A stretch of DNA of 64,000 nucleotides, from NCBI GenBank assembly GCA_964016885.1, contig OZ024741.1:244032001-244096000 (forward strand), read 5' to 3'. A program made the translations under genes and the position numbers. Every line of letters starts with the position of its first letter. Within the stretch, counting starts at the first letter, position 1. Under the pieces are notes generated by a model that was not told the origin of the DNA, made no database searches, and saw only the letters and a list, made by a program, of their open reading frames with translations. This document shows positions 11,401 to 26,285 of the stretch, piece by piece. Source of the stretch: Eledone cirrhosa. Taxonomy: Eukaryota.

Positions 11401-14400
11401 CTTGAAAATCACACCACACACAGCCAATGAGTGTCTGCACATGTATCAGTAATTACAGATCGATCCGACCACGGGCGGCCTGCCTACGATCGAAAAGGTA
11501 ACTCCGCCGGCAAATTCGCATTTTTGTGATTCGTTTCTTCGAAGCACACCATTCGCCGCCGGACTTCAGCTTCCTCATTTAGCAGGGGCAGCTTTTCTTA
11601 AAAATCACACCACACTCAGCAAATGTGTGTCTGCACATGTACCAGTAATTACAGATCGATCCGACCACGGGCGGCCTGCCCACGATCGAAAAGGTAACTC
11701 CGCCGGCAAATTCGCATTTTTGTGATTCGTTTCTTCGAAGCACACCATTCGCTGGTGGACTTCAGCTTCCTCATTTAACATGGGCAGCTTTTCTTGAAAA
11801 TCACACCACACACAGCAAATGTGTGTTTGCACAGGTACGAGTAATTACAGATCGATCCGACCACGGGCGGCCGGCCCACGATCGAAAAGGTAACTCCGCC
11901 GGCAAATCCGCATTTTTGTGATTCGTTTCTTCGAAGCACACCATTCGCCGCCGGACTTCAGCTTCCTCATTTAGCATGGGCAGCTTTTCTTGAAAATCAC
12001 ACCACACACAGCAAATGTGTGTCTGCACATTTCCCAGTAATTACAGATCGATCCGACCACGGGCGGCCGGCCCACGATCGAAAAGGTAACTCCGCCGGCA
12101 AATCCGCATTTTTGTGATTCGTTTCTTCGAAGCACACCATTCGCCGCCGGACTTCAGCTTCCTCATTTAGCATGGGCAGCTTTTCTTGAAAATCACACCA
12201 CACACAGCAAATGTGTGTCTGCACATGTACCAGTAATTACAGATCGATCCGACAACGGTCGGCCGGCCCACGATCGAAAAGGTAACTCCGCCGGCAAAGT
12301 CGCATTTTTGTGATTCGTTTCTTCGAAGCACACCATTCGCTGGTGGACTTCAGCTTCCTCATTTAGCATGGGCAGCTTTTCTTGAAAATCACACCACACA
12401 CAGCAAATGTGTCTCTGCACATGTACTAGTAATTACAGATCGATCCGACCACGGGCCACCGGCCCACGATCGAAAAGGTAACTCCGGCGGCAAATTCGCA
12501 TTTTTGTGATTCATTTCTTCGAAGCACAACATTCGCTGGTGGACTTCAGCTTCCTCATTTAGCATGGGCAGCTTTTCTTGAAAATCACACCACACACAGC
12601 CAATGAGTGTCTGCACAGGTCCCAGTAATTACAGATCGATCCGACCACGGGCGGCCTGCCCACGATCGAAAAGGTAACTCCGCCGGCAAATCCGCATTTT
12701 TGTGATTCGTTTCTTCGAAGCACACCATTCGCTGGTGGACTTCAGCTTCCTCATTTAGCATGGGCAGCTTTTCTTGAAAATCACACCACACACAGCAATT
12801 GTGTGTCTGCACATGTACCAGTACGTACAGATCGATCCGACCACGGGCGGCCGGCCCACATTCGAAAAGGTTACTCCGCCTGCAAATCGTCATTTTCGGA
12901 TTCGTTTTCTTCGAAGCACACCATTCGCCGGCGGACTTCAGCTGCCTCATTTAGCATGGGCAGCTTTTCTTGAAAATCACACCACACACAGCAAATGTGT
13001 CTCTGCACATGTACTAGTAATTACAGATCGATCCGACCACGGACGGCTGGCCCACCATCGAAAAGGAAACTCCGCCGGCAAATCCTAATTTTTGTGATTC
13101 GTTTTTTCGAAGCACACCATTCGCCGGTGGACTTCAGCTTCCTCATTTAGCATGGGCAGCTTTTCTTGAAAATCACACCACACACAGCCAATGAGTGACT
13201 GCACATGTACCAGTAATTACAGATCGATCCGACAACGGGCGGCCTGCCTACGATCGAAAAGGTAACTCCGCCGGCAAATTCGCATTTTTGTGATTCGTTT
13301 CTTCGAAGCACACCATTCGCCGCCGGACTTCAGCTTCCTCATTTAGCATGGGCAGCTTTTCTTGAAAATCACACCACTCACAGCCAATGAGTCTCTGCAC
13401 AGGTACCACTAATTACAGATCGATACGACCAGGGGCGGCCTGCCCACGATCGAAAAGGTAACTCCGCCGGCAAATCCGCATTTTTGTGATTCGTTTCTTC
13501 GAAGCACACCATTCGCCGCCGGACTTCAGCTTCCTCATTTAGCAGGGGCAGCTTTTCTTAAAAATCACACCACACACAGCAAATGTGTCTCTGCACATGT
13601 ACTAGTAATTACAGATTGATCCGACCACGGGCCACCGGCCCACGATCGAAAAGGTAACTCCGGCGGCAAATTCGCATTTTTGTGATTCATTTCTTCGAAG
13701 CACACCATTCGCTGGTGGACTTCAGCTTCCTCATTTAGCATGGGCAGCTTTTCTTGAAAATCACACCACACACAGCAAATGTGTGTCTGCACAGGTACCA
13801 GTAATTACAGATCGATCCGACCACGGGCGGCCTGCCTACGATCGAAAAGGTAACTCCGCCGGCAAATTCGCATTTTTGTGATTCGTTTCTTCGAAGCACA
13901 CCATTCGCCGCCGGACTTCAGCTTCCTCATTTAGCATAAGCAGCTTTTCTTGAAAATCACACCACTCACAGCCAATGAGTCTCTGCACATGTACCACTAA
14001 TTACAGATCGATACGACCACGGGCGGCCTGCCCACGATCGAAAAGGTAACTCCGCCGGCAAATCCGCATTTTTGTGATTCGTTTCTTCGAAGCACACCAT
14101 TCGCCGCCGGACTTCAGCTTCCTCATTTAGCATGGGCAGCTTTTCTTGAAAATCACACCACACACAGCCAATGAGTGGCTGCACATGTACCAGTAATTAC
14201 CGATCGATCCGACCACGGGCGGCCTGCTTACTATCGAAAAGGTAACTCCGCCGGCAAATTCGCATTTTTGTGATTCGTTTCTTCGAAGCACACCATTCGC
14301 CGCCGGACTTCAGCTTCCTCATTTAGCATGGGCAGCTTTTCTTGAAAATCACACCACACACAGCAAATGTGTGTCTGCACATGTACCAGTAATTACAGAT

Positions 14401-17400
14401 CGATCCGACAACGGGCGGCCGGCCCACGATCGAAAAGGTAACTCCGCCGGCAAATTCGCATTTTTGTGATTCGTTTCTTCGAAGCACACCATTCGACGCC
14501 GGGCTTCAGCTTCCTCATTTAGCATGGGCAGCTTTTCTTGAAAATCACACCACACACAGCAAATGTGTGTCTGCAAATGTACCAGTACGTACAGATCGAT
14601 CCGACCACGGGCGGCCGGCCCACATTCGAAAAGGTTACTCCGCCTGCAAATCGTCATTTTCGGATTCGTTTTCTTCGAAGCACACCATTCGCCGGCGGAC
14701 TTCAGCTGCCTCATTTAGCATGGGCAGCTTTTCTTGAAAATCACACCACACACAGCAACTGTGTCTCTGCACATGTACTAGTAATTACAGATCGATCCGA
14801 CCACGGGCCACCGGCCCACGATCGAAAAGGTAACTCCGGCGGCAAATTCGCATTTTTGTGATTCATTTCTTCGAAGCACACCATTCGCTGGTGGACTTCA
14901 GCTTCCTCATTTAGCATGGGCAGCTTTTCTTGAAAATCACACCACACACAGCAAATGTGTGTCTGCAAAGGTACCAGTAATTACAGATCGATTCGACCAC
15001 GGACGGCTGGCCCAGGATCGAAAAGGTAACTCCGCCGGCAAATCCTAATTTTTGTGATTCGTTTCTTCGAAGCACACCTTTCGCCGCCGGACTTCAGCTT
15101 CCTCATTTAGCATGGGCAGCTTTTCTTGAAAATCACACCACACACAGCCAATGAGTGTCTGCACATGTACCAGTACGTACAGATCGATCCGACCACGGGC
15201 GGCCTGCCTACGATCGAAAAGGTAACTCCGCCGGCAAATTCGCATTTTTGTGATTCGTTTCTTCGAAGCACACCATTCGCCGCCGGACTTCAGCTTCCTC
15301 ATTTAGCATGGGCAGCATTTCTTGAAAATCACACCACACACAGCAAATGAGTGTATGCACATGTACCAGTACGTACAGATCGATCCGACCACGGGCGGCC
15401 GGCCCACGATCGAGAAAAAGGTAACTCCGCCGGCAAATAGTCATTTTTGTGATTCGTTTTCTTCGAAGCACACCATTCGCCGCCGGACTTCAGCTTCCTC
15501 ATTTAGCATGGGCAGCTTTTCTTGAAAATCACACCACACACAGCAAATGTGTGTCTGCACATTTCCCAGTAATTACAGATCGATCCGACCACGGGCGGCC
15601 GGCCCACGATCGAAAAGGTAACTCCGCCGGCAAATCCGCATTTTTGTGATTCGTTTCTTCGAAGCACACCATTCGCCGCCGGACTTCAGCTTCCTCATTT
15701 AGCATGGGCAGTTTTTCTTGAAGATCACACCACACACCGCCAATGAGTGTTTTCACATGTACCAGTAATTACAGATCGATCCGACCACGGGCGGCCGGCC
15801 CACGATCGAGAAAAAGGTAACTCCGCCGGCAAATAGTCATTTTTGTGATTCGTTTTCTTCGAAGCACACCATTCGCCGCCGGACTTCAGCTTCCTCATTT
15901 AGCATGGGCAGCTTTTCTTGAAAATCACACCACACACAGAAAATGTGTGTCTGCACAGGTACCAGTAATTACAGATCGATCCGACCACGGGCGGCCTGCT
16001 TACGATCGAAAAGGTAACTCCGCCGGCAAATTCGCATTTTTGTGATTCGTTTCTTCGAAGCACACCTTTCGCCGCCGGGCTTCAGCTTCCTCATTTAGCA
16101 TGGGCAGCTTTTCTTGAAAATCACACCACACACAGCAAATGAGTGTATGCACATGTACCAGTACGTACAGATCGATCTGACCACGGGCGGCCGGCCCACA
16201 TTCGAAAAGGTTACTCCGCCTGCAAATCGTCATTTTCGGATTCGTTTTCTTCGAAGCACACCATTCGCCGGCGGACTTCAGCTGCCTCATTTAGCATGGG
16301 CAGCTTTTCTTGAAAATCACACCACACACAGCAACTGTGTCTCTGCACATGTACTAGTAATTACAGATCGATCCGACCACGGGCCACCGGCCCACGATCG
16401 AAAAGGTAACTCCGGCGGCAAATTCGCATTTTTGTGATTCATTTCTTCGAAGCACACCATTCGCTGGTGGACTTCAGCTTCCTCATTTAGCATGGGCAGC
16501 TTTTCTTGAAAATCACACCACACACAGCCAATGAGTGTCTGCACATGTATCAGTAATTACAGATCGATCCGACCACGGGCGGCCTGCCTACGATCGAAAA
16601 GGTAACTCCGCCGGCAAATTCGCATTTTTGTGATTCGTTTCTTCGAAGCACACCATTCGCCGCCGGACTTCAGCTTCCTCATTTAGCAGGGGCAGCTTTT
16701 CTTAAAAATCACACCACACTCAGCAAATGTGTGTCTGCACATGTACCAGTAATTACAGATCGATCCGACCACGGGCGGCCTGCCCACGATCGAAAAGGTA
16801 ACTCCGCCGGCAAATTCGCATTTTTGTGATTCGTTTCTTCGAAGCACACCATTCGCTGGTGGACTTCAGCTTCCTCATTTAACATGGGCAGCTTTTCTTG
16901 AAAATCACACCACACACAGCAAATGTGTGTTTGCACAGGTACGAGTAATTACAGATCGATCCGACCACGGGCGGCCGGCCCACGATCGAAAAGGTAACTC
17001 CGCCGGCAAATCCGCATTTTTGTGATTCGTTTCTTCGAAGCACACCATTCGCCGCCGGACTTCAGCTTCCTCATTTAGCATGGGCAGCTTTTCTTGAAAA
17101 TCACACCACACACAGCAAATGTGTGTCTGCACATTTCCCAGTAATTACAGATCGATCCGACCACGGGCGGCCGGCCCACGATCGAAAAGGTAACTCCGCC
17201 GGCAAATCCGCATTTTTGTGATTCGTTTCTTCGAAGCACACCATTCGCCGCCGGACTTCAGCTTCCTCATTTAGCATGGGCAGCTTTTCTTGAAAATCAC
17301 ACCACACACAGCAAATGTGTGTCTGCACATGTACCAGTAATTACAGATCGATCCGACAACGGTCGGCCGGCCCACGATCGAAAAGGTAACTCCGCCGGCA

Positions 17401-18679
17401 AAGTCGCATTTTTGTGATTCGTTTCTTCGAAGCACACCATTCGCTGGTGGACTTCAGCTTCCTCATTTAGCATGGGCAGCTTTTCTTGAAAATCACACCA
17501 CACACAGCAAATGTGTCTCTGCACATGTACTAGTAATTACAGATCGATCCGACCACGGGCCACCGGCCCACGATCGAAAAGGTAACTCCGGCGGCAAATT
17601 CGCATTTTTGTGATTCATTTCTTCGAAGCACAACATTCGCTGGTGGACTTCAGCTTCCTCATTTAGCATGGGCAGCTTTTCTTGAAAATCACACCACACA
17701 CAGGCAATGAGTGTCTGCACAGGTCCCAGTAATTACAGATCGATCCGACCACGGGCGGCCTGCCCACGATCGAAAAGGTAACTCCGCCGGCAAATCCGCA
17801 TTTTTGTGATTCGTTTCTTCGAAGCACACCATTCGCTGGTGGACTTCAGCTTCCTCATTTAGCATGGGCAGCTTTTCTTGAAAATCACACCACACACAGC
17901 AATTGTGTGTCTGCACATGTACCAGTACGTACAGATCGATCCGACCACGGGCGGCCGGCCCACATTCGAAAAGGTTACTCCGCCTGCAAATCGTCATTTT
18001 CGGATTCGTTTTCTTCGAAGCACACCATTCGCCGGCGGACTTCAGCTGCCTCATTTAGCATGGGCAGCTTTTCTTGAAAATCACACCACACACAGCAAAT
18101 GTGTCTCTGCACATGTACTAGTAATTACAGATCGATCCGACCACGGACGGCTGGCCCACCATCGAAAAGGAAACTCCGCCGGCAAATCCTAATTTTTGTG
18201 ATTCGTTTTTTCGAAGCACACCATTCGCCGGTGGACTTCAGCTTCCTCATTTAGCATGGGCAGCTTTTCTTGAAAATCACACCACACACAGCCAATGAGT
18301 GACTGCACATGTACCAGTAATTACAGATCGATCCGACAACGGGCGGCCTGCCTACGATCGAAAAGGTAACTCCGCCGGCAAATTCGCATTTTTGTGATTC
18401 GTTTCTTCGAAGCACACCATTCGCCGCCGGACTTCAGCTTCCTCATTTAGCATGGGCAGCTTTTCTTGAAAATCACACCACTCACAGCCAATGAGTCTCT
18501 GCACAGGTACCACTAATTACAGATCGATACGACCAGGGGCGGCCTGCCCACGATCGAAAAGGTAACTCCGCCGGCAAATCCGCATTTTTGTGATTCGTTT
18601 CTTCGAAGCACACCATTCGCCGCCGGACTTCAGCTTCCTCATTTAGCAGGGGCAGCTTTTCTTAAAAATCACACCACAC
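8461..18679 (+). repeat. 26-monomer tandem duplication, period 5104 bp, two copies
   Basis: ORF pairs 8461/13565, 9245/14349, 10425/15529 and 12774/17878 are offset by 5104 = 26x196+8 (two 200-bp monomers per copy). Differences noticed: 9470 T vs 14574 C, and 12600 C vs 17704 G. Confidence 0.95.
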
Positions 18680-21600
18680 TCAGCAAATGTGTGTCTGCAC
18701 ATGTACCAGTAATTACAGATCGATCCGACCACGGGCGGCCTGCCTACGATCGAAAAGGTAACTCCGCCGGCAAATTCGCATTTTTGTGATTCGTTTCTTC
18801 GAAGCACACCATTCGCCGCCGGACTTCAGCTTCCTCATTTAGCAGGGGCAGCTTTTCTTAAAAATCACACCACACTCAGCAAATGTGTGTCTGCACATGT
18901 ACCAGTAATTACAGATCGATCCGACCACGGGCGGCCGGCCCACGATCGAGAAAAAGGTAACTCCGCCGGCAAATAGTCATTTTTGTGATTCGTTTTCTTC
19001 GAAGCACACCATTCGCCGCCGGACTTCAGCTTCCTCATTTAGCATGGGCAACTTTTCTTGAAAATCACACCACACACAGCAAATGTGTGTCTGCACATTT
19101 CCCAGTAATTACAGATCGATCCGACCACGGGCGGCCGGTCCACGATCGAAAAGGTAACTCCGCCGGCAAATCCGCATTTTTGTGATTCGTTTCTTCGAAG
19201 CACACCATTCGCCGCCGGACTTCAGCTTCCTCATTTACCATGGGCAGCTTTTCTTGAAAATCACACCACACACAGCAAATCTGTGTCTGCACATGTACCA
19301 GTAATTACAGATCGATCCGACAACGGCCGGCCGGCCCACGATCGAAAAGGTAACTCCGCCGGCAAAGTCGCATTTTTGTGATTCGTTTCTTCGAAGCACA
19401 CCATTCGCTGGTGGACTTCAGCTTCCTCATTTAGCATGGGCAGCTTTTCTTGAAAATCACACCACACACAGCAAATGTGTCTCTGCACATGTACTAGTAA
19501 TTACAGATTGATCCGACCACGGGCCACCGGCCCACGATCGAAAAGGTAACTCCGGCGGCAAATTCGCATTTTTGTGATTCATTTCTTCGAAGCACACCAT
19601 TCGCTGGTGGACTTCAGCTTCCTCATTTAGCATGGGCAGCTTTTCTTGAAAATCACACCACACACAGCAAATGTGTGTCTGCACAGGTACCAGTAATTAC
19701 AGATCGATCCGACCACGGGCGGCCTGCCTACGATCGAAAAGGTAACTCCGCCGGCAAATTCGCATTTTTGTGATTCGTTTCTTCGAAGCACACCATTCGC
19801 CGCCGGACTTCAGCTTCCTCATTTAGCATAAGCAGCTTTTCTTGAAAATCACACCACTCACAGCCAATGAGTCTCTGCACATGTACCACTAATTACAGAT
19901 CGATACGACCACGGGCGGCCTGCTTACTATCGAAAAGGTAACTCCGCCGGCAAATTCGCATTTTTGTGATTCGTTTCTTCGAAGCACACCATTCGCCGCC
20001 GGACTTCAGCTTCCTCATTTAGCATGGGCAGCTTTTCTTGAAAATCACACCACACACAGAAAATGTGTGTCTGCACATGTACCAGTAATTACAGATCGAT
20101 CCGACAACGGGCGGCCGGCCCACGATCGAAAAGGTAACTCCGCCGGCAAATTCGCATTTTTGTGATTCGTTTCTTCGAAGCACACCATTCGACGCCGGGC
20201 TTCAGCTTCCTCATTTAGCATGGGCAGCTTTTCTTGAAAATCACACCACACACAGCAAATGTGTGTCTGCAAATGTACCAGTACGTACAGATCGATCCGA
20301 CCACGGGCGGCCGGCCCACATTCGAAAAGGTTACTCCGCCTGCAAATCGTCATTTTCGGATTCGTTTTCTTCGAAGCACACCATTCGCCGGCGGACTTCA
20401 GCTGCCTCATTTAGCATGGGCAGCTTTTCTTGAAAATCACACCACACACAGCAACTGTGTCTCTGCACATGTACTAGTAATTACAGATCGATCCGACCAC
20501 GGGCCACCGGCCCACGATCGAAAAGGTAACTCCGGCGGCAAATTCGCATTTTTGTGATTCATTTCTTCGAAGCACACCATTCGCTGGTGGACTTCAGCTT
20601 CCTCATTTAGCATGGGCAGCTTTTCTTGAAAATCACACCACACACAGCAAATGTGTGTCTGCAAAGGTACCAGTAATTACAGATCGATTCGACCACGGAC
20701 GGCTGGCCCAGGATCGAAAAGGTAACTCCGCCGGCAAATCCTAATTTTTGTGATTCGTTTCTTCGAAGCACACCTTTCGCCGCCGGACTTCAGCTTCCTC
20801 ATTTAGCATGGGCAGCTTTTCTTGAAAATCACACCACACACAGCCAATGAGTGTCTGCACATGTACCAGTACGTACAGATCGATCCGACCACGGGCGGCC
20901 TGCCTACGATCGAAAAGGTAACTCCGCCGGCAAATTCGCATTTTTGTGATTCGTTTCTTCGAAGCACACCATTCGCCGCCGGACTTCAGCTTCCTCATTT
21001 AGCATGGGCAGCATTTCTTGAAAATCACACCACACACAGCAAATCAGTGTATGCACATGTACCAGTACGTACAGATCGATCCGACCACGGGCGGCCGGCC
21101 CGCATTCGAAAAGGTTACTCCGCCTGCAAATCGTCATTTTCGGATTCGTTTTCTTCGAAGCACACCATTCGCCGGCGGACTTCAGCTGCCTCATTTAACA
21201 TGGGCAGTTTTTCTTGAAGATCACACCACACACCGCCAATGAGTGTTTTCACATGTACCAGTAATTACAGATCGATCCGACCACGGGCGGCCGGCCCACG
21301 ATCGAGAAAAAGGTAACTCCGCCGGCAAATAGTCATTTTTGTGATTCGTTTTCTTCGAAGCACACCATTCGCCGCCGGACTTCAGCTTCCTCATTTAGCA
21401 TGGGCAGCTTTTCTTGAAAATCACACCACACACAGAAAATGTGTGTCTGCACAGGTACCAGTAATTACAGATCGATCCGACCACGGGCGGCCTGCTTACG
21501 ATCGAAAAGGTAACTCCGCCGGCAAATTCGCATTTTTGTGATTCGTTTCTTCGAAGCACACCTTTCGCCGCCGGGCTTCAGCTTCCTCATTTAGCATGGG

Positions 21601-24600
21601 CAGCTTTTCTTGAAAATCACACCACACACAGCAAATGAGTGTATGCACATGTACCAGTACGTACAGATCGATCTGACCACGGGCGGCCGGCCCACATTCG
21701 AAAAGGTTACTCCGCCTGCAAATCGTCATTTTCGGATTCGTTTTCTTCGAAGCACACCATTCGCCGGCGGACTTCAGCTGCCTCATTTAGCATGGGCAGC
21801 TTTTCTTGAAAATCACACCACACACAGCAACTGTGTCTCTGCACATGTACTAGTAATTACAGATCGATCCGACCACGGGCCACCGGCCCACGATCGAAAA
21901 GGTAACTCCGGCGGCAAATTCGCATTTTTGTGATTCATTTCTTCGAAGCACACCATTCGCTGGTGGACTTCAGCTTCCTCATTTAGCATGGGCAGCTTTT
22001 CTTGAAAATCACACCACACACAGCCAATGAGTGTCTGCACATGTATCAGTAATTACAGATCGATCCGACCACGGGCGGCCTGCCTACGATCGAAAAGGTA
22101 ACTCCGCCGGCAAATTCGCATTTTTGTGATTCGTTTCTTCGAAGCACACCATTCGCCGCCGGACTTCAGCTTCCTCATTTAGCATGGGCAGCTTTTCTTG
22201 AAAATCACACCACTCACAGCCAATGAGTCTCTGCACAGGTACCACTAATTACAGATCGATACGACCAGGGGCGGCCTGCCCACGATCGAAAAGGTAACTC
22301 CGCCGGCAAATCCGCATTTTTGTGATTCGTTTCTTCGAAGCACACCATTCGCCGCCGGACTTCAGCTTCCTCATTTAGCAGGGGCAGCTTTTCTTAAAAA
22401 TCACACCACACTCAGCAAATGTGTGTCTGCACATGTACCAGTAATTACAGATCGATCCGACCACGGGCGGCCTGCCTACGATCGAAAAGGTAACTCCGCC
22501 GGCAAATTCGCATTTTTGTGATTCGTTTCTTCGAAGCACACCATTCGCCGCCGGACTTCAGCTTCCTCATTTAGCAGGGGCAGCTTTTCTTAAAAATCAC
22601 ACCACACTCAGCAAATGTGTGTCTGCACATGTACCAGTAATTACAGATCGATCCGACCACGGGCGGCCGGCCCACGATCGAGAAAAAGGTAACTCCGCCG
22701 GCAAATAGTCATTTTTGTGATTCGTTTTCTTCGAAGCACACCATTCGCCGCCGGACTTCAGCTTCCTCATTTAGCATGGGCAACTTTTCTTGAAAATCAC
22801 ACCACACACAGCAAATGTGTGTCTGCACATTTCCCAGTAATTACAGATCGATCCGACCACGGGCGGCCGGTCCACGATCGAAAAGGTAACTCCGCCGGCA
22901 AATCCGCATTTTTGTGATTCGTTTCTTCGAAGCACACCATTCGCCGCCGGACTTCAGCTTCCTCATTTACCATGGGCAGCTTTTCTTGAAAATCACACCA
23001 CACACAGCAAATCTGTGTCTGCACATGTACCAGTAATTACAGATCGATCCGACAACGGCCGGCCGGCCCACGATCGAAAAGGTAACTCCGCCGGCAAAGT
23101 CGCATTTTTGTGATTCGTTTCTTCGAAGCACACCATTCGCTGGTGGACTTCAGCTTCCTCATTTAGCATGGGCAGCTTTTCTTGAAAATCACACCACACA
23201 CAGCAAATGTGTCTCTGCACATGTACTAGTAATTACAGATTGATCCGACCACGGGCCACCGGCCCACGATCGAAAAGGTAACTCCGGCGGCAAATTCGCA
23301 TTTTTGTGATTCATTTCTTCGAAGCACACCATTCGCTGGTGGACTTCAGCTTCCTCATTTAGCATGGGCAGCTTTTCTTGAAAATCACACCACACACAGC
23401 AAATGTGTGTCTGCACAGGTACCAGTAATTACAGATCGATCCGACCACGGGCGGCCTGCCTACGATCGAAAAGGTAACTCCGCCGGCAAATTCGCATTTT
23501 TGTGATTCGTTTCTTCGAAGCACACCATTCGCCGCCGGACTTCAGCTTCCTCATTTAGCATAAGCAGCTTTTCTTGAAAATCACACCACTCACAGCCAAT
23601 GAGTCTCTGCACATGTACCACTAATTACAGATCGATACGACCACGGGCGGCCTGCTTACTATCGAAAAGGTAACTCCGCCGGCAAATTCGCATTTTTGTG
23701 ATTCGTTTCTTCGAAGCACACCATTCGCCGCCGGACTTCAGCTTCCTCATTTAGCATGGGCAGCTTTTCTTGAAAATCACACCACACACAGCAAATGTGT
23801 GTCTGCACATGTACCAGTAATTACAGATCGATCCGACAACGGGCGGCCGGCCCACGATCGAAAAGGTAACTCCGCCGGCAAATTCGCATTTTTGTGATTC
23901 GTTTCTTCGAAGCACACCATTCGACGCCGGGCTTCAGCTTCCTCATTTAGCATGGGCAGCTTTTCTTGAAAATCACACCACACACAGCAAATGTGTGTCT
24001 GCAAATGTACCAGTACGTACAGATCGATCCGACCACGGGCGGCCGGCCCACATTCGAAAAGGTTACTCCGCCTGCAAATCGTCATTTTCGGATTCGTTTT
24101 CTTCGAAGCACACCATTCGCCGGCGGACTTCAGCTGCCTCATTTAGCATGGGCAGCTTTTCTTGAAAATCACACCACACACAGCAACTGTGTCTCTGCAC
24201 ATGTACTAGTAATTACAGATCGATCCGACCACGGGCCACCGGCCCACGATCGAAAAGGTAACTCCGGCGGCAAATTCGCATTTTTGTGATTCATTTCTTC
24301 GAAGCACACCATTCGCTGGTGGACTTCAGCTTCCTCATTTAGCATGGGCAGCTTTTCTTGAAAATCACACCACACACAGCAAATGTGTGTCTGCAAAGGT
24401 ACCAGTAATTACAGATCGATTCGACCACGGACGGCTGGCCCAGGATCGAAAAGGTAACTCCGCCGGCAAATCCTAATTTTTGTGATTCGTTTCTTCGAAG
24501 CACACCTTTCGCCGCCGGACTTCAGCTTCCTCATTTAGCATGGGCAGCTTTTCTTGAAAATCACACCACACACAGCCAATGAGTGTCTGCACATGTACCA

Positions 24601-25916
24601 GTACGTACAGATCGATCCGACCACGGGCGGCCTGCCTACGATCGAAAAGGTAACTCCGCCGGCAAATTCGCATTTTTGTGATTCGTTTCTTCGAAGCACA
24701 CCATTCGCCGCCGGACTTCAGCTTCCTCATTTAGCATGGGCAGCATTTCTTGAAAATCACACCACACACAGCAAATCAGTGTATGCACATGTACCAGTAC
24801 GTACAGATCGATCCGACCACGGGCGGCCGGCCCGCATTCGAAAAGGTTACTCCGCCTGCAAATCGTCATTTTCGGATTCGTTTTCTTCGAAGCACACCAT
24901 TCGCCGGCGGACTTCAGCTGCCTCATTTAACATGGGCAGTTTTTCTTGAAGATCACACCACACACCGCCAATGAGTGTTTTCACATGTACCAGTAATTAC
25001 AGATCGATCCGACCACGGGCGGCCGGCCCACGATCGAGAAAAAGGTAACTCCGCCGGCAAATAGTCATTTTTGTGATTCGTTTTCTTCGAAGCACACCAT
25101 TCGCCGCCGGACTTCAGCTTCCTCATTTAGCATGGGCAGCTTTTCTTGAAAATCACACCACACACAGAAAATGTGTGTCTGCACAGGTACCAGTAATTAC
25201 AGATCGATCCGACCACGGGCGGCCTGCTTACGATCGAAAAGGTAACTCCGCCGGCAAATTCGCATTTTTGTGATTCGTTTCTTCGAAGCACACCTTTCGC
25301 CGCCGGGCTTCAGCTTCCTCATTTAGCATGGGCAGCTTTTCTTGAAAATCACACCACACACAGCAAATGAGTGTATGCACATGTACCAGTACGTACAGAT
25401 CGATCTGACCACGGGCGGCCGGCCCACATTCGAAAAGGTTACTCCGCCTGCAAATCGTCATTTTCGGATTCGTTTTCTTCGAAGCACACCATTCGCCGGC
25501 GGACTTCAGCTGCCTCATTTAGCATGGGCAGCTTTTCTTGAAAATCACACCACACACAGCAACTGTGTCTCTGCACATGTACTAGTAATTACAGATCGAT
25601 CCGACCACGGGCCACCGGCCCACGATCGAAAAGGTAACTCCGGCGGCAAATTCGCATTTTTGTGATTCATTTCTTCGAAGCACACCATTCGCTGGTGGAC
25701 TTCAGCTTCCTCATTTAGCATGGGCAGCTTTTCTTGAAAATCACACCACACACAGCCAATGAGTGTCTGCACATGTATCAGTAATTACAGATCGATCCGA
25801 CCACGGGCGGCCTGCCTACGATCGAAAAGGTAACTCCGCCGGCAAATTCGCATTTTTGTGATTCGTTTCTTCGAAGCACACCATTCGCCGCCGGACTTCA
25901 GCTTCCTCATTTAGCA
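18339..25916 (+). repeat. 19-monomer tandem duplication, period 3732 bp, two copies
   Basis: ORF pairs 18985/22717, 20045/23777 and 21813/25545 are offset by 3732 = 19x196+8. One difference noticed: 20060 A vs 23792 C. The match breaks at 22185 T vs 25917 G. Confidence 0.94.
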
Positions 25917-26285
25917 GGGGCAGCTTTTCTTAAAAATCACACCACACTCAGCAAATGTGTGTCTGCACATGTACCAGTAATTACAGATCGATCCGACCAC
26001 GGGCGGCCTGCCCACGATCGAAAAGGTAACTCCGCCGGCAAATTCGCATTTTTGTGATTCGTTTCTTCGAAGCACACCATTCGCTGGTGGACTTCAGCTT
26101 CCTCATTTAACATGGGCAGCTTTTCTTGAAAATCACACCACACACAGCAAATGTGTGTCTGCACAGGTACGAGTAATTACAGATCGATCCGACCACGGGC
26201 GGCCGGCCCACGATCGAAAAGGTAACTCCGCCGGCAAATCCGCATTTTTGTGATTCGTTTCTTCGAAGCACACCATTCGCCGCCG

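Noticed and set aside
8461-25916. Near-perfect kilobase duplications as pure assembly artefacts
   Set aside because: The copies differ by private SNPs (e.g. 9470/14574, 12600/17704, 20060/23792) and show nested history, which favours real duplications. Read-level confirmation is still needed.
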